Below, one piece after another: positions 9,721 to 18,890 of a stretch of 64,000 nt of DNA (positions within the stretch are counted from its first letter, which is position 1; every line of letters begins with the position of its first letter). The DNA is from a virus (taxonomy: Duplodnaviria; Caudoviricetes): IMG/VR virus record IMGVR_UViG_2903589935_000002, positions 6,066 to 70,065 of that record; one strand, written 5' to 3'. The notes beneath the pieces are model-generated. The model ran no database searches. It saw nothing but the letters and a program-made list of their open reading frames with translations, and had not been told where the DNA came from. Both the position numbers and the translations under genes were made by a program.

Positions 9721-10196
9721 TTCTGCCCCCAGGTGCAGACCTCGTGTTCAATATCGCGGCGATTCATTAAGCCTTTCCACGGCTTACCGCCGGCATAAAT
9801 CCACTGGCGCAGGCCGTCGCATGCGCCGGCATAGTCGCCGGCGTTCAGCTTGCGCAGCAGGGACGATCGCTCAAAGGCGCTGACGCCCACGTTATAGCTG
9901 AAACTGATCAGGGCGGCTTTCTGGTACTCCGTCGCCGGCACTTTTACCGAACGATTGACCGATCGCGCAAAGGGGATCAGGTCGTTGTCCAGAATTGCCT
10001 TGCATTCCGCTTGGGTGTAGCGCTTGCCCGGCACGATATCGGCCCCGGTGTGGCCGTAACATACGGTCAGCACGCCGGCCACGTCGCGATAGGGTTCAAA
10101 TCTGACGCCCTCAAGCTCTGGGATCATCAACGTCGCGATCGCCAGCGCGCCAGTGCCGGCCGCACCGAACAGCTTTTTCCGCAGGGCAGGTGACAT
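9717..10196 (-). CDS. Endolysin, GH24 lysozyme with SAR-like N-terminus
   Basis: E-x8-D-x5-T triad (EGVRFEPYRDVAGVLT), Gly/Ala-rich N-terminal anchor. Confidence 0.92.
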   Translation of the reverse strand: MSPALRKKLFGAAGTGALAIATLMIPELEGVRFEPYRDVAGVLTVCYGHTGADIVPGKRYTQAECKAILDNDLIPFARSVNRSVKVPATEYQKAALISFSYNVGVSAFERSSLLRKLNAGDYAGACDGLRQWIYAGGKPWKGLMNRRDIEHEVCTWGQK

Positions 10197-10462
10197 TATT
10201 CGACTTCCTTATTGAAAAGCCCGCGTTTCGCTGGCGGCTCGGTAATGATCCCGGCGTTGACGCCTTTCTCATAAGCCCGCGTGCGCCGCCAGTCGAAATA
10301 GGTCTGCGTGAGATAGGTGAACAGGCCTAGGATAAAACCGCCGATCACGGCTGCCTGATTCCAGTCAATGTGGCGAAACCAGTCGACAAGCCCGCCAGTG
10401 CATAAGCTGCCGGCAATGCAGTAGTTGATACCGGCAGCAATCTTTTCAGTCATAATTTTCAT
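10196..10462 (-). CDS. Pinholin, phage 21 S family, dual start M-K-I-M
   Basis: GGAGG SD then MKIMTEKIAAGINY..LGLFTYLTQTYF, resembling S21. Confidence 0.8.
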   Translation of the reverse strand: MKIMTEKIAAGINYCIAGSLCTGGLVDWFRHIDWNQAAVIGGFILGLFTYLTQTYFDWRRTRAYEKGVNAGIITEPPAKRGLFNKEVE

Positions 10463-10485
10463 TCTCCACCTCCCGCGCGCTGGGA

Positions 10486-10689
10486 TTAGTCCCACAGTTG
10501 CAGGGTCTGAACCGATTCGGATTGAACAATGTCCGGCATGTCGACCGGGTAGCCGTGCGGCAATATCGGCCCCTGGTCTGCCAGACCTGGATTATTCAGC
10601 AACACCTGCTCGGTCACGTCCTGCGTCTTGCCGTAGTAGCGCTGGCACAGCGCATCAACGGTGTCACCCTGGTGCGCATAGACCTTCAT
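10486..10689 (-). CDS. Tail protein X
   Basis: MKVYAHQGDTVDALCQRYYG..QLWD. Confidence 0.93.
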   Translation of the reverse strand: MKVYAHQGDTVDALCQRYYGKTQDVTEQVLLNNPGLADQGPILPHGYPVDMPDIVQSESVQTLQLWD

Positions 10690-11210
10690 CAGATCAGCTC
10701 TACCGTCATGCGCGGCAGCGATTGCAGATCATTGATGGCCCAATCTGCATCGCGGCGGAGATCATCGATCGACGGTTCGATAGCGTCGGCGCGCTTTGAA
10801 CCGGATGCCGTGGCGTCGAAGCTGCGAAAACGCTCGGTAACGCTGGCCTGAGTCAGGCAGAACACGGCGCGGCGATAAAGCTGCACGCGGGTGCTCTCGT
10901 CGTCCAGGCGATCGGCGGGAACCTGTTCCAGTTCGCTGTAGCCCGCGCGCTGTTGCTGCTTGCGCCAGCCTGCCAGCCGATCGTTGACTTCGTTGATGGC
11001 GTTCCGCGCCGCTTCAAGCAGGCGCGGCTGGGTGATGGTGCCGTCCTGCCGCATGTCTTCGCGGTACTGTTTCAGGTCGATATCCGGCCAAAAATCCGTA
11101 TTTTTGATGACGGTGCTGGCCGGCGGCGTCGGCTGCTTGGCGATGTCGATTTCCAGTGCGTTGCCGGGCTTCTTGTCGCCGGGTGCGGGTTCTATTGCGA
11201 TGCTGACCAT
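10689..11210 (-). CDS. Head completion protein L
   Basis: FWPDIDL..LYRRAV..RMTVELI. Confidence 0.9.
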   Translation of the reverse strand: MVSIAIEPAPGDKKPGNALEIDIAKQPTPPASTVIKNTDFWPDIDLKQYREDMRQDGTITQPRLLEAARNAINEVNDRLAGWRKQQQRAGYSELEQVPADRLDDESTRVQLYRRAVFCLTQASVTERFRSFDATASGSKRADAIEPSIDDLRRDADWAINDLQSLPRMTVELI

Positions 11211-11301
11211 ACGTTTTCCTGTAGGTGGGCGGTGGACGGGAGCGTTGATGCGGTTTAAACCTGTCGCGGCTCCCGTGCCGCCCTCGCCGGGGGCGATTCG
11301 G

Positions 11302-11958
11302 TTAACTTCCTGCCTGAATGGCTTTTTCCAGCTGCTTGATATCCGTTTTTACGCCGGAGTTTTCATCTTTCAGCAGGGCTTTTTTCAGCACGTCCAGTGC
11401 CAGCACGGCGTCGCCGTCCTGTCGCAATGCATAGCCAACAAACTTGAACAGACGGGCTTTCACCCGATCAGGCATGTCCTGATTTGCCAGCAGTTGATGC
11501 GCGCGTTGCAGCTGCGCCGTGTTCAGTGGCCGGCCGGCGGAAAGATCGCGCTGTGCAGCGGCTGCGATCTCTTCAGCAAGCAGGCAACTGGTCGAGCGGT
11601 CGAAACCGTCGGGCGCAACCAGATCGTGCCGAATGGCGTACTCGCCGATATCAAGGGCATATTCCAGGTTGCCAATATCCAGAAACCAGACCAGCACGCG
11701 CATCAGGATCGCATCCTGCCGGCCTGCGTCGCTTTGCAGCACACCGGCTACCCACGGCATGTAAGTAGGCAGCATGCCGCGCTTCAACTCGGCTTTTGTT
11801 TCGTGGGACTCGACGCCGCTCAGCCGCGCCAGATCCTGCTGCATCTTGAACAGCAACAGGTCGTAATTGCCCAGATGGCTCAGGCTTGCCGCCTCATCCA
11901 GTGAGGCGGACTGCTGCGCGGCAATGTAGTGCTTGTGTCTGCGTGCCGGGCTGCTCAT
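11302..11958 (-). CDS. Terminase small/endonuclease subunit M
   Basis: MSSPARRH..DMPDRVKARLFK..GVKTDI. Confidence 0.92.
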   Translation of the reverse strand: MSSPARRHKHYIAAQQSASLDEAASLSHLGNYDLLLFKMQQDLARLSGVESHETKAELKRGMLPTYMPWVAGVLQSDAGRQDAILMRVLVWFLDIGNLEYALDIGEYAIRHDLVAPDGFDRSTSCLLAEEIAAAAQRDLSAGRPLNTAQLQRAHQLLANQDMPDRVKARLFKFVGYALRQDGDAVLALDVLKKALLKDENSGVKTDIKQLEKAIQAGS

Positions 11959-11961
11959 GGA

Positions 11962-13044
11962 TTAGCCCTCCGGGGTTTCCGTTGGCTGCTGGCCGGCTGG
12001 CGCAGTAGCTTTCGCTTTCAGGATCTGGATGTTTTCGATCAGCGCCACGCCCTCGTAGTCTTCAACGACATAGGCTTCGTTGACGGACTCGTAGTTTTCG
12101 ATGCGGTCGCGTTTCGGGTTGTCGATGATGTGGCGGCGGCGGGTGCCGTCTTGCCAGTAGATCGACAGGTTATCCAGTCGGGTGATGAAAATAGTGTTGT
12201 CCGGGAAGGACGGAACACGCACCGCCTGCAAGCCGCCCAGCCGCTTCTGGCTGATGATGATATCGGCGGCCAGGGCTTCAGTGTTCGGTTGCTCCTGGTT
12301 GACGAGCGGGAAATATTTGTCCGCCAACAGGGAACGGCCGACAACGGCGACCAGCTCGGTGTCGTCCTGGAACCAGGGCGCGATCAGCTCGTTGACGGCA
12401 TCCATCACCAGCGCATCCAGGTTGTGATAGTCGCCATCGATACCGATGCGGATTTTTTCCGACACGACGCTGCCGTCCTCGCCCAGCACCTTATCCATCA
12501 CCTGCTCTGGCGCACCTTTGCGAACTTTCTGCAACCAGCCGATGTTAACGTCCTGCAACAGCTTATTGACGGTGATATCCGAGGTTTTAGCCCGGCTGAT
12601 GCCGTTCCAGCCGATCATGATGCGGTCGAGGCCTTGGCGCTTCACGATCTGGTTGCGAATACGGATCTGGAAGTCTTTGAACTTGGCCCAGGCGTCCAGC
12701 TTGGAATATTTCAGCGCGGTGTCAAAGTTGGTCTGGGTACACACATAGCCCACTTCGTCCAGGCTGCTTGGATCCATCGGTTCACGTTCTTTGTCGTCGG
12801 TATTGGTCGTACTGGCGATAGGGCGGTCAATGCCCAGACCGACTTTAGAGCCGCTCTGTTCGTCAACGGGAATGATGTTGATCTGTTTCAGAAAGCTGCT
12901 GCTTTCCTGAATCTTGTCTTCCAGACGCTGCGTTACCGTCGGATCAACGGTGAATTTTGCGGCTACGTCTTCAGGTTCGATGTGGTTCAGGTTCGCGACC
13001 TGGCTCAGCAGCATTTTATATTGCTTGCGGGTATTCGGTTTCAT
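11962..13044 (-). CDS. Major capsid protein N
   Basis: LDRIMIGWNG, LDNLSIYWQ, NEAYVVEDY motifs. Confidence 0.96.
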   Translation of the reverse strand: MKPNTRKQYKMLLSQVANLNHIEPEDVAAKFTVDPTVTQRLEDKIQESSSFLKQINIIPVDEQSGSKVGLGIDRPIASTTNTDDKEREPMDPSSLDEVGYVCTQTNFDTALKYSKLDAWAKFKDFQIRIRNQIVKRQGLDRIMIGWNGISRAKTSDITVNKLLQDVNIGWLQKVRKGAPEQVMDKVLGEDGSVVSEKIRIGIDGDYHNLDALVMDAVNELIAPWFQDDTELVAVVGRSLLADKYFPLVNQEQPNTEALAADIIISQKRLGGLQAVRVPSFPDNTIFITRLDNLSIYWQDGTRRRHIIDNPKRDRIENYESVNEAYVVEDYEGVALIENIQILKAKATAPAGQQPTETPEG

Positions 13045-13104
13045 TGATTGTTCCTTGTTCCGGTCGTTTATGTCGATGCGGTGCCTGTTTTCGCCGTTAG
13101 TCCG

Positions 13105-13905
13105 TCAGCAGTCGGTTAAGACGCTATCGCCACTGCCGGTAGACAGGTCGCGGCGATGGGTAGAACGGTCAGAAGTGCTGAGGGTGGTTTTCAGCTCGGA
13201 AAGCTCGGTTTTCGCGTCTTTCAGCTGGCTTTCCAGCGATTCGACGGTGGTTTTCAGGCCGGAAAATGCTTCGATTTTGGTTTCAAGCCCTTGCTGGCGT
13301 TCTGCGACAAATTCCACCGCCTGATGAACGTCGGAAAAACGGCCGTCATCGGAATGCTGTTTTTTGCTGAACATGGCCTTGATTTGGGTCAGAAGGTTCG
13401 GTTTGTCGGTTTCTGGCGCGTCAAATTCCATCACGGTTTCTTCCACTGCCCCGAAGTGCAATCCGCTGGTTTCGGCCAGGTTGTTGGCGGTGAATTTCAT
13501 GACTTCACTACCCAGCGACGCCGGATTGTCGGTAAACGCCAGCCCGGTCAGGTAGGCTTTACCGGTGTCGGCAAATTGCGGGTAATACTCGATACTGGTG
13601 TAAATTTTTTGCCGATCGTTGTTCAGCTTCACCAGCCCATCCGTCGCATCGACCTGCGCCAGCAGCGCCAGCTTGCCTTTCAATTGGCCGGATGTGATTT
13701 CCTGCGCCTTCAGCGCGACGACGTCGCCCTGGGCCTTAAAATCGCTGTTTGGGAAAATGCTCAGGTAGTGCTCAAGGTTGGCGCGCGCCGGGCGGAATGC
13801 TGGCGAGAAGGTTTCCGCCATTTCTTCGATATGACGGCGTTCGATTTTGCGGCCGTCACTGGTCGCGCCTTCAACGGCGACGCGGAAAAATTTTGATATT
13901 GGCAT
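13105..13905 (-). CDS. Capsid scaffolding protein O
   Basis: SKFFRVAVEGATSDGRKI..TDNPASLG; start moved to MPISK. Confidence 0.93.
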   Translation of the reverse strand: MPISKFFRVAVEGATSDGRKIERRHIEEMAETFSPAFRPARANLEHYLSIFPNSDFKAQGDVVALKAQEITSGQLKGKLALLAQVDATDGLVKLNNDRQKIYTSIEYYPQFADTGKAYLTGLAFTDNPASLGSEVMKFTANNLAETSGLHFGAVEETVMEFDAPETDKPNLLTQIKAMFSKKQHSDDGRFSDVHQAVEFVAERQQGLETKIEAFSGLKTTVESLESQLKDAKTELSELKTTLSTSDRSTHRRDLSTGSGDSVLTDC

Positions 13906-13997
13906 GGGTAAGCCCCGATCAGTCAGCAGATGGGCCGGTATTGGCCGTGTTTGGCCTATGTTGGCTGGGGTGTGATGGCGGGACAACGCGGCGGCTT

Positions 13998-14015
13998 TGT
14001 GTGGTCGATGGCACA
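13998..14015. promoter_or_regulatory. Ogr-family activator site between divergent O and P
   Basis: TGT-gtggtcgatggc-ACA. Confidence 0.75.
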
Positions 14016-14092
14016 AGGCGCTTTAGGGGTGTTGGTTGTGGCGCGTAGGTAGCCTTTCGGTATTGAAACGTTGAAATTCAGGCCGATAAAGC

Positions 14093-15862
14093 ATGAGCGC
14101 TATTTCTATCAGCACCGATCTTGATCCCCGCCGTCAGGCCATGTACCTGTATTGGCAGGGGCTTCGCGTCACTCGCATCGCCGAAATGATCGGGGAGAAT
14201 CCCGTCACGGTACACAGTTGGAAACGCCGCGACAAGTGGGACGATTACGGCCCGCTCGATCAGATGCAGATCACCACCGCTGCCCGCTATTGCCAGCTGA
14301 TACTGAAGCCGGAGAAAGAAGGGCGCGACCTCAAAGAAATTGACCTGTTGGCGCGCCAGGCGGAGCGGCACGCGCGCATCGGCAAATATAACGGCGGCGG
14401 CAATGAGGCCGATCTCAATCCCAACATTGGGAGCCGAAACGCCGGGCCGCGCCAGCGCACGCAAAAGAACGTTTTTACCGACGAACAGCATGCCCGGCTG
14501 AAAGAAATCTTTCTTGAACAGATGTTTGCCTATCAGCGGCGCTGGTATGAGGCGGGGCTGTCAAAAGATTTTCGTATCCGCAACATCCTGAAATCGCGCC
14601 AGATCGGCGCGACGTACTATTTTGCGCGTGAAGCCCTGATCGACGCCCTGGACACGGGGCGCAATCAGATGTTTGTTTCCGCCTCCAAGGCGCAGGCGCA
14701 CCAGTTCAAAAACTACATCACCGCCTTTGCGCAAGAGGTCGATGTGGAGCTGCGCGGGGAAACGATTATCCTGCCGAATGCGGCGGAATTGCATTTCCTC
14801 GGCACCAACTCCAACACCGCCCAGGGCCGGCCCGGCAATCTGTATCTGGATGAATATTTCTGGATCCCCGGCTTCAAGAAACTGCGCCGCGCCGCATCGG
14901 GTATGGCGTCACAAACTCGCTACCGTTCGACCTACTTTTCCACCCCGTCGAGCATGACGCATGAGGCCTATTCCTTCTGGAATGGCACGCTGTTCAACAA
15001 GGGGAAATCCAAGGATCGCCGCCGTGAAATTGACGTTAGCTATAAACGCCTGGCCGGCGGCGTGCTCTGCGAGGACAAGCAGTTCCGCCAGATCGTCACC
15101 ATTGAAGATGCGTTGCGCGGCGGCTGCGACTTGTTCGACCTCGACGAGCTGCGAGAGGAAAACAGCGATGAAGATTTTGACAACCTGTTCATGTGCAACT
15201 TCATCGACGATACATCGTCCGTCTTCCCGATGGGCGAAATGCAGCGCTGCATGGTGGACAGCTGGGAGCACTGGACGGACGTCAAGCCGTTTGCGTTGCG
15301 CCCGGTAGCGTCGCGGGACGTCTGGATCGGTTATGACCCTGCCAGTTCTGAGGATGGCGACAGCGCCGGGTGTGCGGTCATCCTGCCGCCGCTGGTTGCC
15401 GGCGGAAAATTCCGGGTGCTGGAGCGCCATCAGTGGCGCGGGATGGATTTTGCGGCGCAGGCCCGCAACATCAAGGCGCTGACCGAACGTTACAACGTGA
15501 GCTATATCGGTATCGACAACACCGGCCTGGGCCGCGCGGTGTCGCAACTGGTGCGCCAATTCTTCCCTGCGGTGAACGCCATCAACTACAGCCTGGAAAT
15601 GAAAACCGACCTCGTGCTGAAGGCCCGCGACGTGATCCGTTCCGGCCGCCTGGAGTTTGATGCCGGCGCGCTGGATATCGCCCAGGCGTTTATGTCCATC
15701 CGCAAGCAAATGACGGCCACCGGCCGCCGGGCAACCTATGTCACCAGCCGCGCCGAAGGCGTCAGCCACGGCGATGTGGCCTGGGCCGTCATGCACGCCT
15801 TATTCAATGAACCGCTCGAAGGGGCAACCGGTAGCAACACAGGTTTTATGGAGATCTACTAA
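14093..15862 (+). CDS. Terminase ATPase subunit P
   Basis: LKSRQIGAT Walker A, YLDEYFW Walker B, GYDPA nuclease motif. Confidence 0.96.
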   Translation: MSAISISTDLDPRRQAMYLYWQGLRVTRIAEMIGENPVTVHSWKRRDKWDDYGPLDQMQITTAARYCQLILKPEKEGRDLKEIDLLARQAERHARIGKYNGGGNEADLNPNIGSRNAGPRQRTQKNVFTDEQHARLKEIFLEQMFAYQRRWYEAGLSKDFRIRNILKSRQIGATYYFAREALIDALDTGRNQMFVSASKAQAHQFKNYITAFAQEVDVELRGETIILPNAAELHFLGTNSNTAQGRPGNLYLDEYFWIPGFKKLRRAASGMASQTRYRSTYFSTPSSMTHEAYSFWNGTLFNKGKSKDRRREIDVSYKRLAGGVLCEDKQFRQIVTIEDALRGGCDLFDLDELREENSDEDFDNLFMCNFIDDTSSVFPMGEMQRCMVDSWEHWTDVKPFALRPVASRDVWIGYDPASSEDGDSAGCAVILPPLVAGGKFRVLERHQWRGMDFAAQARNIKALTERYNVSYIGIDNTGLGRAVSQLVRQFFPAVNAINYSLEMKTDLVLKARDVIRSGRLEFDAGALDIAQAFMSIRKQMTATGRRATYVTSRAEGVSHGDVAWAVMHALFNEPLEGATGSNTGFMEIY

Positions 15863-16900
15863 ATGAGCAAGCGCAACCGGGGCCGCAAGCACGCCCAGCC
15901 AACGACACAGAAACAGACTGGCGCGCAACACGTCGAGGCGTTTACCTTCGGCGACCCGATCCCGATGCTGGATCGGCGCGAAATACTGGATTATCTGGAG
16001 TGCTGCGTCGTCGATCGCTGGTATGAGCCGCCAATCTCTTTCAACGGCCTGGCGAAGACGTTCCGCGCGGCGGTGCATCACAGTTCACCGATCACGATGA
16101 AGCGCAACATATTAGTAAGCATGTTCAAGCCCCACCGGCTGCTGTCAAAGCAGGATTTCAGCCGCTATGCGCAGGATTTTATGGTGTTCGGCAACAGCTT
16201 TATGGAGTCGCGTTATAACCGCCTCGGCGGGATAATGAAGCTGGTTCCCAGCCTGGCGAAATATACCCGCCGTGGCGTCAATACGGACTCTTATTGGTTC
16301 GTGCAATCGTGGGCGGAGCCGCATCAGTTTGAAGATGGCACCATTTTCCACCTGCTTGACCCGGACATTAATCAGGAGATCTACGGCGTTCCCGAGTATC
16401 TTTCCTCGCTTAACTCCATTTGGCTGAACGAGGCCGCAACGCTGTTTCGCCGGAAATACTACCTCAACGGCAGCCATGCCGGCTTTATCCTGTACATGAA
16501 CGATGCCGCGCACAAACAGGAGGATATCGACAACCTGCGCAAAGCGCTGAAGGAATCGAAAGGGCCTGGCAACTTCCGCAATCTGTTCATGTATGCGCCG
16601 GGCGGTAAGCCGGACGGCTTGCAGCTGATCCCGTTGGCCGAGGTAGCGGCGAAAGATGAGTTTTTGAACATCAAAAACGTGACGCGCGACGATCAGCTGG
16701 CGTCCCAGCGCACACCGCCGCAGTTGATGGGGATTTTGCCGAATAACACCGGCGGATTCGGGGATGTGGAAAAGGCCGCGCGGGTATTTGCGATTAATGA
16801 GCTGGCCCCGTTGCAGGAACGCCTTTGCGAGCTAAACGACTGGGTAGGGGAGGAGGTGATCAGCTTCAACCCGTATGAACTGCTCAAGAGTGACCAATAA
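15863..16900 (+). CDS. Portal protein Q
   Basis: QEIYGVPEY..FRRKYYLNGSHAGFI motifs. Confidence 0.96.
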   Translation: MSKRNRGRKHAQPTTQKQTGAQHVEAFTFGDPIPMLDRREILDYLECCVVDRWYEPPISFNGLAKTFRAAVHHSSPITMKRNILVSMFKPHRLLSKQDFSRYAQDFMVFGNSFMESRYNRLGGIMKLVPSLAKYTRRGVNTDSYWFVQSWAEPHQFEDGTIFHLLDPDINQEIYGVPEYLSSLNSIWLNEAATLFRRKYYLNGSHAGFILYMNDAAHKQEDIDNLRKALKESKGPGNFRNLFMYAPGGKPDGLQLIPLAEVAAKDEFLNIKNVTRDDQLASQRTPPQLMGILPNNTGGFGDVEKAARVFAINELAPLQERLCELNDWVGEEVISFNPYELLKSDQ

Positions 16901-16942
16901 GTTACTAGCTTATTAAGTTAGTGGCTTGATGTGTGCAATGTG

Positions 16943-16963
16943 AACCGCCGAAAGGCGGTTTTT
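16943..16963 (+). terminator. Intrinsic terminator after Q
   Basis: aaccgcc-gaaa-ggcggtt followed by T run. Confidence 0.8.
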
Positions 16964-17299
16964 GCATTCTTATGCTGCGCTATTCATATCGCATTTTTTA
17001 TCCGTGCGCCATTGTGACATGTCACAGGCATTTTTTTTACATTAAAATGTCGCGTCACACGGCTGTTGAAAATTAAAATGTGACGTGGCAGGATAACGCC
17101 AAGTCGCCCGCCATGCTCAATGTCGGCACTCAACCCGCAAACGCGGTTTTTGCAGAGATCGAAAGTGATTCTTTGCCAAAAAGACACCGCATATCCTAAG
17201 TGCAAAAATCCGCATAGTTCATTGCATACCTAATCACCCCTCAAAACCGCACCAGACAAGGCTTTAGCGCCTTTTTCCTACTGCATAAAAAGTGAATTG

Positions 17300-17340
17300 T
17301 TAAGCATGCAGCGTGGGGGCGGGGGGGACGGCACGGAACA
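17300..17340. other. Candidate cos region
   Basis: G-rich gcgtgggggcgggggggacggcac preceded by several TGCA elements at the position of the P2 cos; only partial match to known P2/186 cos. Confidence 0.3.
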
Positions 17341-17607
17341 GGGGATCGATGGGGATCGTTTTTCCTGCCTATCCTCCGCAAACCCCGCACCGCATTCACC
17401 TGCGCATCGCTGCGAGGCGATCAGATTTGATGTGCGATCGTTGGTGCAAAGAAAAAGCGCCTCGCTGTGTGGCGTATAGGCGCTTTGGTGGGGGCGGTAA
17501 TGTGCGGGTTTCTATGTCGCTGGGCTGGTGTTATTCATTTTTGTGAATATTCATTCATTCTTGTTGCGTCATTTCATCAGTGCTGCTATTCTCGACTGGC
17601 GAAGGTT

Positions 17608-17952
17608 CTACAGCGTTGTCAGCATCAGCCTTTTATAGCCGGTGGTCTGCCAACATTGCGTGTCGCCTTGCATGCAGCACCCGCCCGGATCGCCCGGCAA
17701 CGTGTCGCCGCATTTCCCACAGCTACTTTTACGCAGCTCGGCCAGCTGTTTATGCAACAGCTTGTTGTCTTGCCGTATGAGGCCGATCAGGTATTCCGTC
17801 ACCTCGTAAGGCTCCCTCGCGATCCGGCGCTGCTGGCAACCTTCCAGGATCATCGCCATTTCTTGGCTATCGACGCGCAGGGTTATCGTGGTGATGCCGT
17901 TTGCCTTGTCGCGCTGGCGCTGGCTGCGTTTCCGTTCTGCTGGTGTGGTCAT
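17608..17952 (-). CDS. Hypothetical DNA-binding protein (basic N-terminus, possible ribbon-helix-helix, Cys cluster)
   Basis: MTTPAERKRSQRQRDK..TITLRVD; CGKC..CC..C; start moved to 17952. Confidence 0.65.
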   Translation of the reverse strand: MTTPAERKRSQRQRDKANGITTITLRVDSQEMAMILEGCQQRRIAREPYEVTEYLIGLIRQDNKLLHKQLAELRKSSCGKCGDTLPGDPGGCCMQGDTQCWQTTGYKRLMLTTL

Positions 17953-17953
17953 G

Positions 17954-18664
17954 CTACACGTCCCCATTTTGATGAGTAGAAAGAAGTGCTGCCAGTATGG
18001 CAAGGCGTTCCGCTGCCGGTAGATCGCTATAATTTCTGGCCCAACGTTCGGCTTTTCTCTTGATGCGTTGTCGATCGATATAGTTCGCGCCGGCAAACGC
18101 CGCGCTGTATGCAGCATCCTGGGCATAATTCATCCATAACTTTTCAGTGCGTGGCCCTCCGCGCGTCATCACCTGAAATTCCAGGCTGCGCCAGTCGCCG
18201 AGCAACTCGTCGTAGAGCGCGGACGGATAGCCGGAGATCATGACGTTGGCGGGCACGGTGCGCAGCACATCGATCAGGCGGCGGTGATCGTCGACGGTAT
18301 ACTCGTGACGATACCGCGCGCGGCTGGTGCGGGTTTCTGGAAGGTAGGGCGGGTCGGCATAAATCAGCACCCGCCCGTGTTGGCTGAATGCCCCGTCCGC
18401 CAACTCCCGTTGCAGAAAGCCAACAGCATCGCCGTGATAAAGATTCAGCTTCGGCGGGGTCATTCCTTTTTCTTTCCAGCGGCCGCGCGTCAACAAAAAC
18501 GCATTACTATCAACATCAATTCCTATCGTGCGCGCCGCGAGCGGCTTGTGAAACATAACGGCTCCGCTGCCGAGGTGCGTTTCGATGTAGGTGTCGTGTG
18601 GCGGCATCTGGCTGATTATTGCCTGGTATGCGCCGCTTGCGGCCTTGCTCCCCAAATATCCCAT
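17954..18664 (-). CDS. D12-class N6-adenine DNA methyltransferase
   Basis: GYLGSK, YIETHLGSG (motif I variant), DPPY (motif IV). Confidence 0.85.
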   Translation of the reverse strand: MGYLGSKAASGAYQAIISQMPPHDTYIETHLGSGAVMFHKPLAARTIGIDVDSNAFLLTRGRWKEKGMTPPKLNLYHGDAVGFLQRELADGAFSQHGRVLIYADPPYLPETRTSRARYRHEYTVDDHRRLIDVLRTVPANVMISGYPSALYDELLGDWRSLEFQVMTRGGPRTEKLWMNYAQDAAYSAAFAGANYIDRQRIKRKAERWARNYSDLPAAERLAILAALLSTHQNGDV

Positions 18665-18699
18665 TAGTCGGTACCCCATAGTTGTGAATGACGGTGCTG

Positions 18700-18875
18700 C
18701 AGAACAGATATTTCTGTCTATGCGGTACCAGCAACATCAGCTGGCACAGTTGGAACCGTCTATATTTGCCGGCATGGCCAGAACAGGTATTTCTGTCTAT
18801 GCGATACCGGCACCAGGCGGCACAGATGCCACCGTCTATTTTTTTCTGTATGGCCAGAACAGATATTCCTGTCTG
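18700..18875. repeat. Array of five ACAG-N6-CYGTCT boxes
   Basis: ACAG starts at 18704, 18746, 18783, 18822 and 18859; alternating A/B unit types. Confidence 0.85.
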
Positions 18876-18890
18876 TGCTCGATGTAATTT

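Noticed and set aside
17013-17026. CRP site
   Set aside because: TGTGA-N4-TCACA; CRP needs N6
18846-18862. LexA box at the 186 tum-like position
   Set aside because: Spacing is CTGT-N9-ACAG, not N8; the array dyads have the opposite orientation (ACAG..CTGT)
18700-18885. CRISPR array
   Set aside because: The intervening segments resemble each other and share the repeat core; only three long units; no cas genes recognised
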